A stretch of DNA of 32,000 nucleotides from Mycolicibacterium smegmatis (GCF_001457595.1 NZ_LN831039.1:5310001-5342000); one strand, 5' to 3'. Positions 14,780 through 24,516 are shown, numbered from the stretch's first letter. Made by a program: numbers and translations. Notes: generated from the letters alone by a model not told the origin.

Positions 14780-14840
14780 GCCGAGTGTTGGCTTGATGCA
14801 CAGAAATCGCCCGAACTACGACCATATGCCGACGCTCGGC
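14780..14840. repeat. 61-bp element, copy B
   Basis: GCCGAGTGTTGGCTTG...ATGCCGACGCTCGGC; same length and orientation as copy A; ends form a 13-bp stem with two G-T pairs. Confidence 0.5.
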
Positions 14841-15763
14841 GCGGTTAACGGCTCGGCACTCAGTCGCTCGCGGATCCACGAGTCGATGGCTTCGAGAGCA
14901 GCCCGCGCCATCGAGGTCGGGTGTCCGGTGAATGCGTGCGGCGAAGCGGGATAGACCCGCAGATCGACCTCGACGCCGGCCGCGACAAGCCTTGCCGCCA
15001 TGGCCAAGTTGTCCTCGAGCAGGATGTCTTCCGCGCCGACCACCATAAGGATCGGTGGAAGCTTCTCCAGCGACGCAAAAATCGGTGAGATGTCCGGCGC
15101 CGTGCGATCCGGGGCGTGGCCCGCATACGCGCGCAGGAAATACTCGTCTGCGATGAGGCGGCCCGCCGGAGTTCGGGTGGACAGATCGTAGGTCCCGCAC
15201 TCGGCAACGGCACCGCTGAAGGCGAAGATCCCGCGATCACGTAGTCGCACCAAAGTTGTTGTCACCAGGGTGGAGCCGGCGGACAAGCCGGTCATGACCA
15301 GGCGCGTGGTGCCGAATCGTTGTTCGGCATTCTCCACGAGCCACAACGCCGCGGTCTCGCAATCGTCTGGTGCTGCAGGCCATGGATGCTCCGGGGCGAG
15401 TCGATAATCCACACTCACCACGGCAACGCCCAAAGCGTTCACGAGTCGCCGATTCCGGACGTCGCTGTCGGCGGCCGACCCCAGATAGAACCCACCGGAG
15501 TGGATCTCCAAGAGCACGCCCGCGGCGGGCCGCGAGATCGGGGCGTGGATCCGCACCGGCACGCTTCGCCCACCCGCACTCACCGTCTCCACCGACGGTG
15601 GTGGCCAACACTCGGCAGGTTCGGGCATCGTCTCACGGAGCGCGAGGAGCTCGCTGACGCCGGCCGGACCGCGACCGGGCGGTCGGTCCGCGTAGAACTC
15701 ACGGGATTCCTCGACGAGTGAAAGAAGCTGCGGATCAATCAATGCCGACAGCTCAAATCTCAT
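14816..15763 (-). CDS. Alpha/beta hydrolase, hormone-sensitive-lipase-like
   Basis: EIHSGGFYLGS oxyanion motif, TGLSAGSTL nucleophile elbow, PASPHAFTG catalytic histidine region. Confidence 0.9.
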   Translation of the reverse strand: MRFELSALIDPQLLSLVEESREFYADRPPGRGPAGVSELLALRETMPEPAECWPPPSVETVSAGGRSVPVRIHAPISRPAAGVLLEIHSGGFYLGSAADSDVRNRRLVNALGVAVVSVDYRLAPEHPWPAAPDDCETAALWLVENAEQRFGTTRLVMTGLSAGSTLVTTTLVRLRDRGIFAFSGAVAECGTYDLSTRTPAGRLIADEYFLRAYAGHAPDRTAPDISPIFASLEKLPPILMVVGAEDILLEDNLAMAARLVAAGVEVDLRVYPASPHAFTGHPTSMARAALEAIDSWIRERLSAEPLTAPSVGIWS

Positions 15764-15810
15764 ACAAGGACCCTACCGAGCGTGGTGCCAGTGCCACGGG
15801 CTGCGATGGC

Positions 15811-16365
15811 CTACACGTTGAAGCGGAACTCCACGACAGGCCGTTCGAACGTCAGCACCGGAACCCTCACGCCTGACGGTGTCTGTTGCTCCGTGGGCAT
15901 GCCCTTCTGCTGAAATCCAGCGCGCTCGAGTACTCGCTGCGATGCCAGATTCTGCGGGGAGGTCCGCGCGGTCAGTAGCTCAAGGCCCATCGTTGCAACG
16001 ATCTGGCTGCTTGCCGCCAAGGCCTTCACCGCCGCCCCACGCCCGCGGGATTGTGCAGTCAACCAGAAGCCGACCTCGGCGCGATCGCTTCTGAAATCGA
16101 ACAGGACCAGGCTACCGAGAAACGCGTCCGAGTCAGCGTCAGCAATCGCCAGAACCGCCAGCGATCCATCCGCCAACCCCTGAGCGATGATCCCGTCGAT
16201 CTGATCGCGCACGATTTCCGGCGTGTAATGAGTCAGTGGTAGATGACCATATTCCTGTACCGCTGGATCGGTCGTGCCCAGCGCGAACGCCTCGGCATCA
16301 CGATAGTCGAGCTCTCGCAGAAGGATGTCGTCGATTCGGCAGGGAAGGAGTCGGGTAAAGGTCAT
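15811..16365 (-). CDS. GNAT acetyltransferase (RimJ/RimL-like)
   Basis: ILLRELDYRDAEAFA... AEVGFWLTAQSRGRGAAVKALAA... NLASQRVLERAGFQQKG. Confidence 0.9.
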   Translation of the reverse strand: MTFTRLLPCRIDDILLRELDYRDAEAFALGTTDPAVQEYGHLPLTHYTPEIVRDQIDGIIAQGLADGSLAVLAIADADSDAFLGSLVLFDFRSDRAEVGFWLTAQSRGRGAAVKALAASSQIVATMGLELLTARTSPQNLASQRVLERAGFQQKGMPTEQQTPSGVRVPVLTFERPVVEFRFNV

Positions 16366-17468
16366 TTCTTTCCGCTCCCAGACGTTCCACCGTGGCGGAA
16401 CTCCACCACATCGCCGTCGGCCATGACGTAGTCCTTGCCTTCCATGCGGACCTTGCCCGCGGCCTTCGCGGCGGCCATCGAGCCGGCCTCGACCAGATCG
16501 TCGAACGACACGACCTCGGCCTTGATGAAGCCCTTCTCGAAGTCGGAGTGGATCACGCCGGCGGCCTTGGGTGCGGTGTCGCCCTGGTGGATGGTCCAGG
16601 CGCGCGCCTCCTTGGGCCCCGCGGTGAGGTAGGTCTGGAGTTTGAGGGTGTGAAAGCCCGCGCGTGCGAGCGCGTCGAGTCCGCGCTCGGTCTGACCGAT
16701 GGACTCCAGCAGCTCGGCCGCGGACTCGTCGTCGAGCTCGAGCAGTTCTGCCTCGATCTTGGCGTCGAGGAACACCGCGTCGGCGGGCGCCACCATCTCA
16801 CGGAGTTCGGCCTGGCGGGCCTCGTCGGTGAGCACCGACTCGTCGGCGTTGAACACATACAGGAACGGTTTGGTGGTCATCAGGTTGAGCTCGCGCAGCA
16901 GCGTCACGTCGATGCCTGCCGCGGCGGCGCCCGCGAAGAGCGTCTTGCCGCTGTCCAACACGGCCTGCGCGGCGACGGCGGCCTCAAGGACGGGTTTGCG
17001 CTCCTTGTTGTTGCGCGCTTCCTTCTCCAGGCGCGGCACGGCCTTCTCGAGGGTCTGCATGTCGGCGAGGATCAGCTCGGTCTCGATGACCTCGATGTCG
17101 GACCTGGGGTCGACGCGCCCGTCGACGTGAACCACGTCGTCGTCGTTGAAGACCCGGACCACCTGACAGATGGCGTCACATTCGCGGATGTTGGCGAGGA
17201 ACTTGTTGCCAAGGCCCGCACCCTCGGACGCGCCCTTCACGATGCCCGCGATGTCGACGAACGTCACAGGCGCGGGCACGGTCTTCTCCGAGCCGAACAG
17301 TTCGGCGAGCTTGTCCAGGCGCGGGTCCGGCAGCGGCACCACACCCTCGTTCGGCTCGATGGTCGCGAAGGGATAGTTGGCCGCCAGCACGTCATTCCGC
17401 GTCAAGGCGTTGAACAAGGTCGATTTTCCGACGTTCGGCAAACCGACGATTCCGAGGTTCAGGCTCAC
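16362..17468 (-). CDS. ychF: Redox-regulated ATPase/GTPase YchF (OLA1-like)
   Basis: (V)SLNLGIVGLPNVGKSTLFNALTRNDVLAANYPFATIEPNEGVVPLPDPRLDKLAELF; C-terminal TGS-like domain. GTG start at 17468 preferred over 17477. Confidence 0.96.
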   Translation of the reverse strand: MSLNLGIVGLPNVGKSTLFNALTRNDVLAANYPFATIEPNEGVVPLPDPRLDKLAELFGSEKTVPAPVTFVDIAGIVKGASEGAGLGNKFLANIRECDAICQVVRVFNDDDVVHVDGRVDPRSDIEVIETELILADMQTLEKAVPRLEKEARNNKERKPVLEAAVAAQAVLDSGKTLFAGAAAAGIDVTLLRELNLMTTKPFLYVFNADESVLTDEARQAELREMVAPADAVFLDAKIEAELLELDDESAAELLESIGQTERGLDALARAGFHTLKLQTYLTAGPKEARAWTIHQGDTAPKAAGVIHSDFEKGFIKAEVVSFDDLVEAGSMAAAKAAGKVRMEGKDYVMADGDVVEFRHGGTSGSGKK

Positions 17469-17552
17469 AGGGAACACAGTCTAGGCCCGAGTGACAGGCA
17501 CGCCAGCGTCCACCGGCGGCGCACCACCGCCAAGAGCCGGTACGGTCTACCT

Positions 17553-18728
17553 GTGTTCGGACAGCGCGCAGAGTCGGCAGTGCCGGCTGACCTTCGCTCT
17601 GTACACCCCAGATACGCCGGTGTGCCGTGGTGGGGTGCCGTGTTGGCGGCTGTCACGGCTACCGCGATCGGGTTTGCCTTCGACGCGGGTGCGGGCAGCC
17701 GTGAGCTCAGTGGGGTCTTCGGCTTCTGCTACGTCGTCGGCTGCCTCGCAGCGGTGCTCGCGGTGCGGCAGAGCGGGGTGTTCACGGCGGTCATCCAGCC
17801 GCCGCTGATCCTGTTCTTCGCGGTCCCCGGGTCGTACTTCCTGTTCCGCGGCGGCGAGATCAACGGCCTGAAGGATCTCGCGATCAACTGCGGATACCCG
17901 CTGATCGAGCGCTTCCCGCTGATGTTGTTCACCTCGGCGGCGGTTTTGCTGATCGGGCTGGGCCGCTGGTATGTCGGGCTGACGTCCCGCGACACCGGGG
18001 ACACCGAGTCGGCGACACCGTCGACCCGGAAACGGGCTTCCGACGAGGCGCCGAATGCCGTTGTGGCATCGATCACATCGAAACTCTCTTCCCTGCTGTT
18101 CCGCAAACCCGCGACGGATCGATCGGCGTCGCGGCAGAGGGCGAGGCAAAGCACCCGCAGGGACCGTGCAGAGCGCGCCGGGACCGGCGCCGCGCCGCGC
18201 AAGCGCACCGGTGAACGTCCGCCGCGACGCCGCCCGGCGGCGGCTGCTGCCGCGGACGCCAAAGAGCCGACACGCAACGGGCGCCCGACCAAACGGACGG
18301 CGCCGCCGCGGGCGCGTCGTCCGCGCGACCCCGAACTGGACCCCACGCTCGACGCACCGGAACGGCCGCGTCGTCCGCGCTCTGCGCGTACGGAACCGCC
18401 CGTGGTGCCGCCGGCCGAACCGCGCCGCCGTGTCCGCACGCAGCCGCGTGAACCCCGCGAACCGCGCAAGCAGCCTCCGGGCGACCGGCTGGGTCCTTAT
18501 GAGCGCCCGCAGCGCAGGCGCCGTTTCGATGACTACAGGCCTTTCGAGGATCCGTTCGACGCGCCGATGGAGCCGCCGTTCGAGCCGCGGACCAACGGTC
18601 ACCCGGGCCGCTCGACGCATCACCCCGTCTCACGCGTGCGCTATCGCGGCGGCGAGGACGAGGATCATCGTTCGGAGTACCGCACGCGTCCGCGCCCGCC
18701 GGCGCGGGGCCGTCACTCGCGGGACTGA
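17553..18728 (+). CDS. DUF6542-like membrane protein with long Arg/Pro-rich C-terminal tail
   Basis: GTG start: (V)FGQRAESAVPADLRSVHPRYAGVPWWGAVLAAVTATAIGFAFDAG...; several TM helices then a basic disordered tail. Start uncertain (17553 or 17580). Confidence 0.75.
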   Translation: MFGQRAESAVPADLRSVHPRYAGVPWWGAVLAAVTATAIGFAFDAGAGSRELSGVFGFCYVVGCLAAVLAVRQSGVFTAVIQPPLILFFAVPGSYFLFRGGEINGLKDLAINCGYPLIERFPLMLFTSAAVLLIGLGRWYVGLTSRDTGDTESATPSTRKRASDEAPNAVVASITSKLSSLLFRKPATDRSASRQRARQSTRRDRAERAGTGAAPRKRTGERPPRRRPAAAAAADAKEPTRNGRPTKRTAPPRARRPRDPELDPTLDAPERPRRPRSARTEPPVVPPAEPRRRVRTQPREPREPRKQPPGDRLGPYERPQRRRRFDDYRPFEDPFDAPMEPPFEPRTNGHPGRSTHHPVSRVRYRGGEDEDHRSEYRTRPRPPARGRHSRD

Positions 18729-18743
18729 TTCCAGGCCGAGGTT

Positions 18744-19757
18744 CTAACCGCGCGGCGGGCGGATCTCGCGCGGCAGGGCGAACACCAGCGTCTCGTTGGC
18801 GGTCGTGACGGGCTGCACGGTGTCGTAGCCGTGTTCGGCCAACCGCTCCAGCACACCGCGCACCAGGATCTCGGGCACCGAAGCACCGGAGGTGACGCCG
18901 ATGGTGGTCACACCGTCGAGCCAGGCCGGGTCGATGTCGTCGGCGTAGTCGACGAGGTACGCGGCGTCCGAGCCGGCGCCCAGGGCGACCTCGACCAGCC
19001 GCACCGAGTTCGACGAGTTGCGCGAACCCACCACGATCACGAGCTCACATTCGGGCGCCATCGCCTTGACCGCGACCTGGCGGTTCTGGGTGGCGTAGCA
19101 GATGTCGTCGCTGGGCGGATCCTGCAGCGTGGGGAACTTCTCCCGCAGCCTGCGGACGGTCTCCATGGTCTCGTCGACGCTCAGCGTGGTCTGCGAGAGC
19201 CAGATGACCTTGCTCTCGTCGCGTACGGTCACGGCGTCCACCGACTCGGGGCCGTCCACCAGCTGCACGTGGTCGGGCGCCTCACCGGCGGTGCCGACGA
19301 CCTCCTCGTGGCCTTCGTGGCCGATCAGCAGGATGTCGTAGTCGTCGCGGGCGAAGCGTTTGGCCTCGTTGTGCACCTTGGTGACCAGTGGACACGTCGC
19401 GTCGATGACCTTGAGATTGCGCTCTGCGGCGGACTGGTGCACCGTCGGTGCGACGCCGTGCGCGGAGAACACCACGATGGCGCCCTCGGGCACCTCGTCG
19501 GTCTCGTCGACAAAGATCGCGCCTGCCTTGGCCAGGGTCTCCACGACGTGCCGGTTGTGCACGATCTCGTGGCGGACGTACACCGGGGCGCCGTGCTTCT
19601 CCAGCGCGCGCTCCACGGTCTCGACGGCACGGTCCACACCTGCGCAGTAACCGCGGGGTTCAGCCAGCAGCACGCGTTTGCCGGACACCTGCGACCGTCC
19701 ACCGCCACTCACCGAGCTCGAGGCACCGGGAATACCCATGTTGATAGTTGGCGGCAT
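18744..19757 (-). CDS. ispH: 4-hydroxy-3-methylbut-2-enyl diphosphate reductase (IspH/LytB)
   Basis: [66 protein letters not shown] at 19739 also possible. Confidence 0.97.
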   Translation of the reverse strand: MPPTINMGIPGASSSVSGGGRSQVSGKRVLLAEPRGYCAGVDRAVETVERALEKHGAPVYVRHEIVHNRHVVETLAKAGAIFVDETDEVPEGAIVVFSAHGVAPTVHQSAAERNLKVIDATCPLVTKVHNEAKRFARDDYDILLIGHEGHEEVVGTAGEAPDHVQLVDGPESVDAVTVRDESKVIWLSQTTLSVDETMETVRRLREKFPTLQDPPSDDICYATQNRQVAVKAMAPECELVIVVGSRNSSNSVRLVEVALGAGSDAAYLVDYADDIDPAWLDGVTTIGVTSGASVPEILVRGVLERLAEHGYDTVQPVTTANETLVFALPREIRPPRG

Positions 19758-19810
19758 GTCTCCAGGGTACGGGGCCACAGCAGGCGACAGCCAGCCGTAC
19801 TCTGTTGCCC

Positions 19811-20428
19811 ATGGGAACTGCACCGTATGGGGTCCGGCTGCTGGTGGGAGCAGCGGTGACCACCCTGGAGGAAGCTCGCAAGTTGCCTCAGACCATCCTG
19901 ACGTACCCCATGACCGTGGCCAGCCAGGCGGCCAACCTGGTCATGCACGTCCAGCAGAACCTCGCTGAGCTGGTCATCAAGGGCGACGAGGCGCTGGAAC
20001 AGCTGTTCCCGCCCAAGGATGAGCAGCCTGAGTGGGCCACGTTCGACGAAGACCTCGAAGACAGCGGAGACGACGACACCGCCGGCGACAGCGCTTCGAC
20101 GTCGTCGGCCAACGGTCAGCGCCGCACCGAGGGCCGGTTCGCGCTCTACAGCACCGGCACCCCGGATTCCGCGGAGAGCGAACCCGCCGCCAGGTCCTCG
20201 AAGTCCTCGGAGCCCTCGAAGCCCTCGGAGCCAGAGGCCGGCGAGGCGCCGGCCGTCGTCGCCGAGATGGACTACGACTCGCTGACGCTGGCCCAGCTGC
20301 GCGCCCGGTTGACGTCGCTGAGCATCGGCGATCTTGAGGCACTGCTGGCGTATGAGGAGGCCGGCCGGGCCCGCGCCCCGTTCGTGACACTGCTGGCCAA
20401 CAGGATCACGCGCGCGTCCGCCAAGTGA
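19811..20428 (+). CDS. Lipid-droplet-associated-type protein (Rv1109c-like)
   Basis: [53 protein letters not shown]... C-terminal [45 protein letters not shown]; position upstream of xseA. Confidence 0.7.
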   Translation: MGTAPYGVRLLVGAAVTTLEEARKLPQTILTYPMTVASQAANLVMHVQQNLAELVIKGDEALEQLFPPKDEQPEWATFDEDLEDSGDDDTAGDSASTSSANGQRRTEGRFALYSTGTPDSAESEPAARSSKSSEPSKPSEPEAGEAPAVVAEMDYDSLTLAQLRARLTSLSIGDLEALLAYEEAGRARAPFVTLLANRITRASAK

Positions 20429-21678
20429 CCGAACCTGGTCAGTCGCCGGAGAACCCCTGGCCGGTGCGCGCCGTCGCGACGCGCGTGGCCAAATGGATCG
20501 ACCGGCTCGGCGTGGTGTGGGTCGAAGGGCAGCTGACCGAACTGAAGATCCGCCCGGACTCCAAGACCGTGTTCATGGTGTTGCGCGATCCGGCGGCCGA
20601 CATGTCGCTGACGCTGACGTGCCCGCGAGATCTGGTGCGCAATGCCCCGGTCAGGCTGACCGAGGGCACCCAGGTGATCATCTGCGGCAAGCCCAACTTC
20701 TACACCGGACGCGGCACATTCTCGTTGCGGGTCAGCGAGATCCGCGCGGTCGGCATCGGTGAGCTGCTGGCCCGCATCGAACGCCTGCGCCGCCTGCTGG
20801 ACGCCGAAGGCCTGTTCGATCCGCGCCTGAAACGTCCGATCCCGTTCCTGCCCAACACCATCGGGCTCATCACCGGGCGGGCGTCGGCCGCCGAACGCGA
20901 TGTCACCACGGTCGCATCCAGCCGCTGGCCCGCGGTGCGGTTCGCGATCCGCAACACGATCGTGCAGGGGCCCAACGCGGTTCCGCAGATCGTGGACGCG
21001 CTGGCGGCCCTCGACGCCGACCCCGAGGTCGACGTGATCGTGCTCGCGCGCGGCGGCGGCAGCGTCGAGGACCTGCTGCCGTTCTCCGACGAGACGCTGT
21101 GCCGCGCCATCTCGGCGTGCCGCACGCCGGTCGTCAGCGCGATCGGGCACGAACCCGACAACCCGGTGTGCGATCTGGTGGCCGACCTGCGGGCGGCCAC
21201 CCCCACCGACGCGGCCAAGCGGATCGTGCCCGACGCCGCGGCCGAGCAGGCCCTGATCAGCGACCTGCACCGGCGCAGCGCCCGCGCGCTGCGCAACTGG
21301 GTGCACCGCGAGCAGCACCATCTCGACCAGTTGCGCAGCAGGCCCGTGCTGGCCCAACCGCTGGCCGCGATCACCGCGCGCGGCGACGAGATCCACCGCG
21401 CCCGCGCGACGGCGCAGCGCGACATCACCCGTCTGATCGCGGGCGAGACCGACACCATCGGCCACCTCTCGGCGCGGTTGACGGCGCTGGGGCCTGCCGC
21501 GACGCTCGCGCGCGGGTACGCCGTGGTGCAGGCGGTGCCCGACACCGGCCCGCCGACAGTGCTGCGTTCGACGGATGACGCCCCGGCGGGCACCCGACTG
21601 CGGGTGCGGGTCTCCGACGGCGTGGTCACCGCGCGCAGCGAAGGCACTGAGGACGACGAGACAGGGAGCTCGACATGA
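20425..21678 (+). CDS. xseA: Exodeoxyribonuclease VII large subunit
   Basis: N-terminal OB-fold ([25 protein letters not shown]), [62 protein letters not shown]; 4-nt overlap with the upstream gene. Confidence 0.97.
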   Translation: MTEPGQSPENPWPVRAVATRVAKWIDRLGVVWVEGQLTELKIRPDSKTVFMVLRDPAADMSLTLTCPRDLVRNAPVRLTEGTQVIICGKPNFYTGRGTFSLRVSEIRAVGIGELLARIERLRRLLDAEGLFDPRLKRPIPFLPNTIGLITGRASAAERDVTTVASSRWPAVRFAIRNTIVQGPNAVPQIVDALAALDADPEVDVIVLARGGGSVEDLLPFSDETLCRAISACRTPVVSAIGHEPDNPVCDLVADLRAATPTDAAKRIVPDAAAEQALISDLHRRSARALRNWVHREQHHLDQLRSRPVLAQPLAAITARGDEIHRARATAQRDITRLIAGETDTIGHLSARLTALGPAATLARGYAVVQAVPDTGPPTVLRSTDDAPAGTRLRVRVSDGVVTARSEGTEDDETGSST

Positions 21679-21887
21679 AGCCCATTAGTGAACTCGGCTA
21701 TGAAGACGCGCGTGACGAGTTGGTCGCCGTGGTGCAGCAGCTGGAACAGGGTGGGCTCAGCTTGGATGATTCGCTGCAGATCTGGGAGCGTGGCGAGGCG
21801 CTGGCGAAACGCTGTGAAGAGCACTTAGCCGGAGCGCGTCAGCGCGTCGAGCAGGCGATCGCCGCCCGCGAGGCCGACGAGGACTGA
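21675..21887 (+). CDS. xseB: Exodeoxyribonuclease VII small subunit
   Basis: [51 protein letters not shown]; ATGA overlap with xseA. Confidence 0.96.
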   Translation: MKPISELGYEDARDELVAVVQQLEQGGLSLDDSLQIWERGEALAKRCEEHLAGARQRVEQAIAAREADED

Positions 21888-21918
21888 AATGCGCGTAGTG
21901 CCCGCCGCTCACCATCGA

Positions 21919-21938
21919 AACTGGAACGTGTTTCAGTT
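21919..21938. promoter_or_regulatory. KstR operator in 3beta-HSD promoter (core TGGAACGTGTTTCA)
   Basis: Core 21922-21935 matches TnnAACnnGTTnnA; the extended palindrome AACTGgAACgtGTTtCAGTT has a single mismatched arm position, 11 nt upstream of the ATG at 21950. Confidence 0.88.
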
Positions 21939-21949
21939 ATGCTGCGGGC

Positions 21950-23020
21950 ATGGCTGACTCCACCACCGACCTCGGGCGGATCCTGGTCACCGGGGGTTCC
22001 GGCTTCGTCGGCGCCAACCTGGTCACCGAACTGCTGGACCGCGGGTACGCCGTGCGGTCGTTCGACCGCGTGCCGTCTCCCCTGCCCGCTCACGCGGGTC
22101 TTGAGGTCGCCACGGGCGACATCTGCGATCTCGACAACGTCACCAACGCGGTGGCGGGCGTCGACACGGTGTTCCACACCGCGGCGATCATCGACCTGAT
22201 GGGCGGGGCGTCGGTCACCGCGGAGTACCGGCAGCGCAGTTTCGCGGTGAACGTCGGCGGAACCGAGAACCTGGTGCGCGCCGCGCAGTCGGCGGGCGTG
22301 AAGCGGTTCGTCTACACCGCGTCCAACAGCGTGGTGATGGGCGGGCAGCACATCGTGCACGGCGACGAAACCCTGCCGTACACCGAGCGTTTCAACGATC
22401 TGTACACCGAGACCAAGGTGGTCGCGGAGAAGTTCGTGCTGGGCCGAAACGGTGTGGCCGGCATGCTGACGTGCTCGATCCGGCCCAGCGGCATCTGGGG
22501 GCGCGGCGACCAGACGATGTTCCGCAAGGTGTTCGAGAGCGTGCTCGCCGGGCACGTCAAGGTGCTCGTGGGCCGCAAGAGCACGCTGCTGGACAACTCC
22601 TACGTGCACAACCTGGTGCACGGATTCATCCTTGCCGCAGAGCATCTCACGCCGAACGGCACGGCCCCCGGGCAGGCGTACTTCATCAACGACGGCGAAC
22701 CGGTCAACATGTTCGAGTTCGCGCGTCCTGTGATCGAGGCATGCGGGCGCAAACTCCCCCGCGTGCGCGTGCCCGGACGCGCCGTGCACGCCGCGATGTC
22801 GGGTTGGCAGCGGTTGCACTTCCGGTTCGGCATTCCCGAGCCGCTGCTGGAACCGCTTGCCGTGGAACGTCTTTACCTCAACAACTACTTCTCGATCGCC
22901 AAGGCGACCCGCGACCTCGGCTACCGGCCGCTGTTCACCACCGAACAGGCTCGCGTCGACTGCCTGCCGTACTACGTCGACCTGTTCAAGCAGATGGAGG
23001 CGCAGGCCCGGCCCGCCTAG
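21950..23020 (+). CDS. 3beta-hydroxysteroid dehydrogenase / NAD-dependent extended SDR (Rv1106c-like)
   Basis: ILVTGGSGFVGANLVTELLDRGYAVRSFDR, active-site YTETK, directly downstream of xseAB as in M. tuberculosis. Confidence 0.9.
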   Translation: MADSTTDLGRILVTGGSGFVGANLVTELLDRGYAVRSFDRVPSPLPAHAGLEVATGDICDLDNVTNAVAGVDTVFHTAAIIDLMGGASVTAEYRQRSFAVNVGGTENLVRAAQSAGVKRFVYTASNSVVMGGQHIVHGDETLPYTERFNDLYTETKVVAEKFVLGRNGVAGMLTCSIRPSGIWGRGDQTMFRKVFESVLAGHVKVLVGRKSTLLDNSYVHNLVHGFILAAEHLTPNGTAPGQAYFINDGEPVNMFEFARPVIEACGRKLPRVRVPGRAVHAAMSGWQRLHFRFGIPEPLLEPLAVERLYLNNYFSIAKATRDLGYRPLFTTEQARVDCLPYYVDLFKQMEAQARPA

Positions 23021-23021
23021 T

Positions 23022-23492
23022 TCAGGGCAGCACGGGCAGCGGGTTCACCGTGCCGGTGGAACTGTCGACCAGCGCGGCGTGGTCCAGCGTCACCCGCAGC
23101 GGCAACACGAGGGAGCAGTGCGGCAGCCAGACACCGGGCCGGTAGTGCTTGTGCAGATCGGCACCGGTGGCGGTGACCAGGTCGACCACGCGCTGCTGGC
23201 GCTGGGCGACGTCGGCGCTCACGCCGGCCACCAGCCATATGCGTCCGCGGCGGAACACCCCGACCCCGTCGAAGCTCAGTTCGACCGCGGCACCGGACCC
23301 GTTGCCGGACAACGCCTGAGCGATCGCGGCCTGGTCCCACTGCCGCAGCACCGCATACGACAGGTGCGGCACGTGCCTGCCGTGGGTGTGTGAGCGCAGG
23401 CTGGCCACACCCCGCTGCTCGATGCGGTCCCACAACGCGCGGATCGCACGATCCGAGCGCCGGTCGAACAGCAGGCAGACCGCCAGAGCCAC
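23022..23492 (-). CDS. 2'-5' RNA ligase-like / 2H phosphoesterase superfamily protein
   Basis: Paired HxS motifs VPHLSYAVL and LPHCSLVLP in a ~156-aa protein, N-terminal ALAVCLLFDRRSDRAIRALWDRI. Confidence 0.7.
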   Translation of the reverse strand: MALAVCLLFDRRSDRAIRALWDRIEQRGVASLRSHTHGRHVPHLSYAVLRQWDQAAIAQALSGNGSGAAVELSFDGVGVFRRGRIWLVAGVSADVAQRQQRVVDLVTATGADLHKHYRPGVWLPHCSLVLPLRVTLDHAALVDSSTGTVNPLPVLP

Positions 23493-23495
23493 GGG

Positions 23496-23774
23496 TCAGC
23501 GGTACAGGTGCACCGGGTGGTGCGTGCCTTCCTCGATGCGCATCGACGCCGAGTTCAGCAGTTCGGTTCCCAGCGCGATCAGCGCCCTGGCCGCCGCGAT
23601 CTCCTCGCCGATCTTCGGCTCGTTGGGGTCCTTGGGGTTGCGGTAGGCGTCCCCCGTGGTCGCCATCAGACCGTCGTCCATCAGGCGGGCGTGGGCCGAT
23701 GCGTGGGTGTGGATGTCGTCCTCGCAGAACCCGATTTCGACGTACCACTTGTGGGTGAGATCTCGGTCATACAT
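23496..23774 (-). CDS. DUF1876-like (dsRBD-fold; Rv1738/Rv2632c-like) small protein
   Basis: MYDRDLTHKWYVEIGFCEDDIHTHASAHARL... PNEPKIGEEIAAARALIALGTELLNSASMRIEEGTHHPVHLYR resembles the Rv1738-type pattern ([21 protein letters not shown]..H). Confidence 0.75.
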   Translation of the reverse strand: MYDRDLTHKWYVEIGFCEDDIHTHASAHARLMDDGLMATTGDAYRNPKDPNEPKIGEEIAAARALIALGTELLNSASMRIEEGTHHPVHLYR

Positions 23775-23866
23775 GTCGATCAGCCTCCACCTCCAAGGGT
23801 GCGCCTCGCCCGTGCCGAACACCAGACCCACGTGCGGGTTCCGGTGATCGAGCGGACGTCGGGCCG

Positions 23867-24142
23867 TCAGGCCGGCTGCGCCTCGGCGACGATGCTGTCG
23901 TCGTCGACGAACACCAGCCCGCCGTCGTCGACGTTCACCGCGTAGCGGCGCGCGGGACCCACGATGCGCTCACCTGCGATCTCGACCGCCGTGCCCGCGA
24001 GGTCCGCGAAATCCTCGACCACAACTCCGTGCAGTTCGTTGTCGGTGCCCGGGTAAACGATTACTCGGGTGTCCACAGCAATGCCGTCGGCAACATCTTC
24101 CGACTCGCCACCGTTAATCCCCGCCGATGCGTCTTCTGACAT
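23867..24142 (-). CDS. Hypothetical small acidic protein
   Basis: MSEDASAGINGGESEDVADGIAVDTRVIVYPGTDNELHGVVVEDFADLAGTAVEIAGERIVGPARRYAVNVDDGGLVFVDDDSIVAEAQPA; compact beta-rich composition. Confidence 0.65.
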   Translation of the reverse strand: MSEDASAGINGGESEDVADGIAVDTRVIVYPGTDNELHGVVVEDFADLAGTAVEIAGERIVGPARRYAVNVDDGGLVFVDDDSIVAEAQPA

Positions 24143-24516
24143 TTCGCACCTCCCCAATTGCCAGCGCGTGCAACCGAAGTACACCATATGCGCGAGCAAC
24201 CGGCTCGTAATCGAATATTCCTACAGCCACACAATGCATAAATCCCAGGCAAATTGCCAAATCCCCCGATGAACGTCCATCTGGCTACTGGCCGGTAGCA
24301 CCGCTGATCGTGAGATGTCGGTCACACACAGATGCAAAAGGCTGCCATTGATCAATGCCATCGAGGCAATTCGACGAATATTCGCGATGCGGCCTTCACA
24401 CCACTACAGCGGCAAACCAGACGTTGCTGTCGGCGCGAAGGCGAACCGTTGGCCGAAACTGCACACATCACGGCCGGGGAGACGGTGACACACACCACAC
24501 TGCGGTTCGCTAGGGT

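Noticed and set aside
15783-15800. CGTGG-TGCCAGTG-CCACG as a terminator
   Set aside because: Only 5-bp arms with an 8-nt loop and no T tract; too weak to call.
16392-18728. 778-aa plus-strand ORF in the track
   Set aside because: The first ~387 codons are the antisense of ychF with low-complexity GC-rich composition. Only the part from about 17553 resembles a real DUF6542-like protein.
20272-22819. Large minus-strand ORFs (397, 374 and 326 aa)
   Set aside because: All overlap xseA, xseB and the 3beta-HSD gene antisense, without recognisable motifs.
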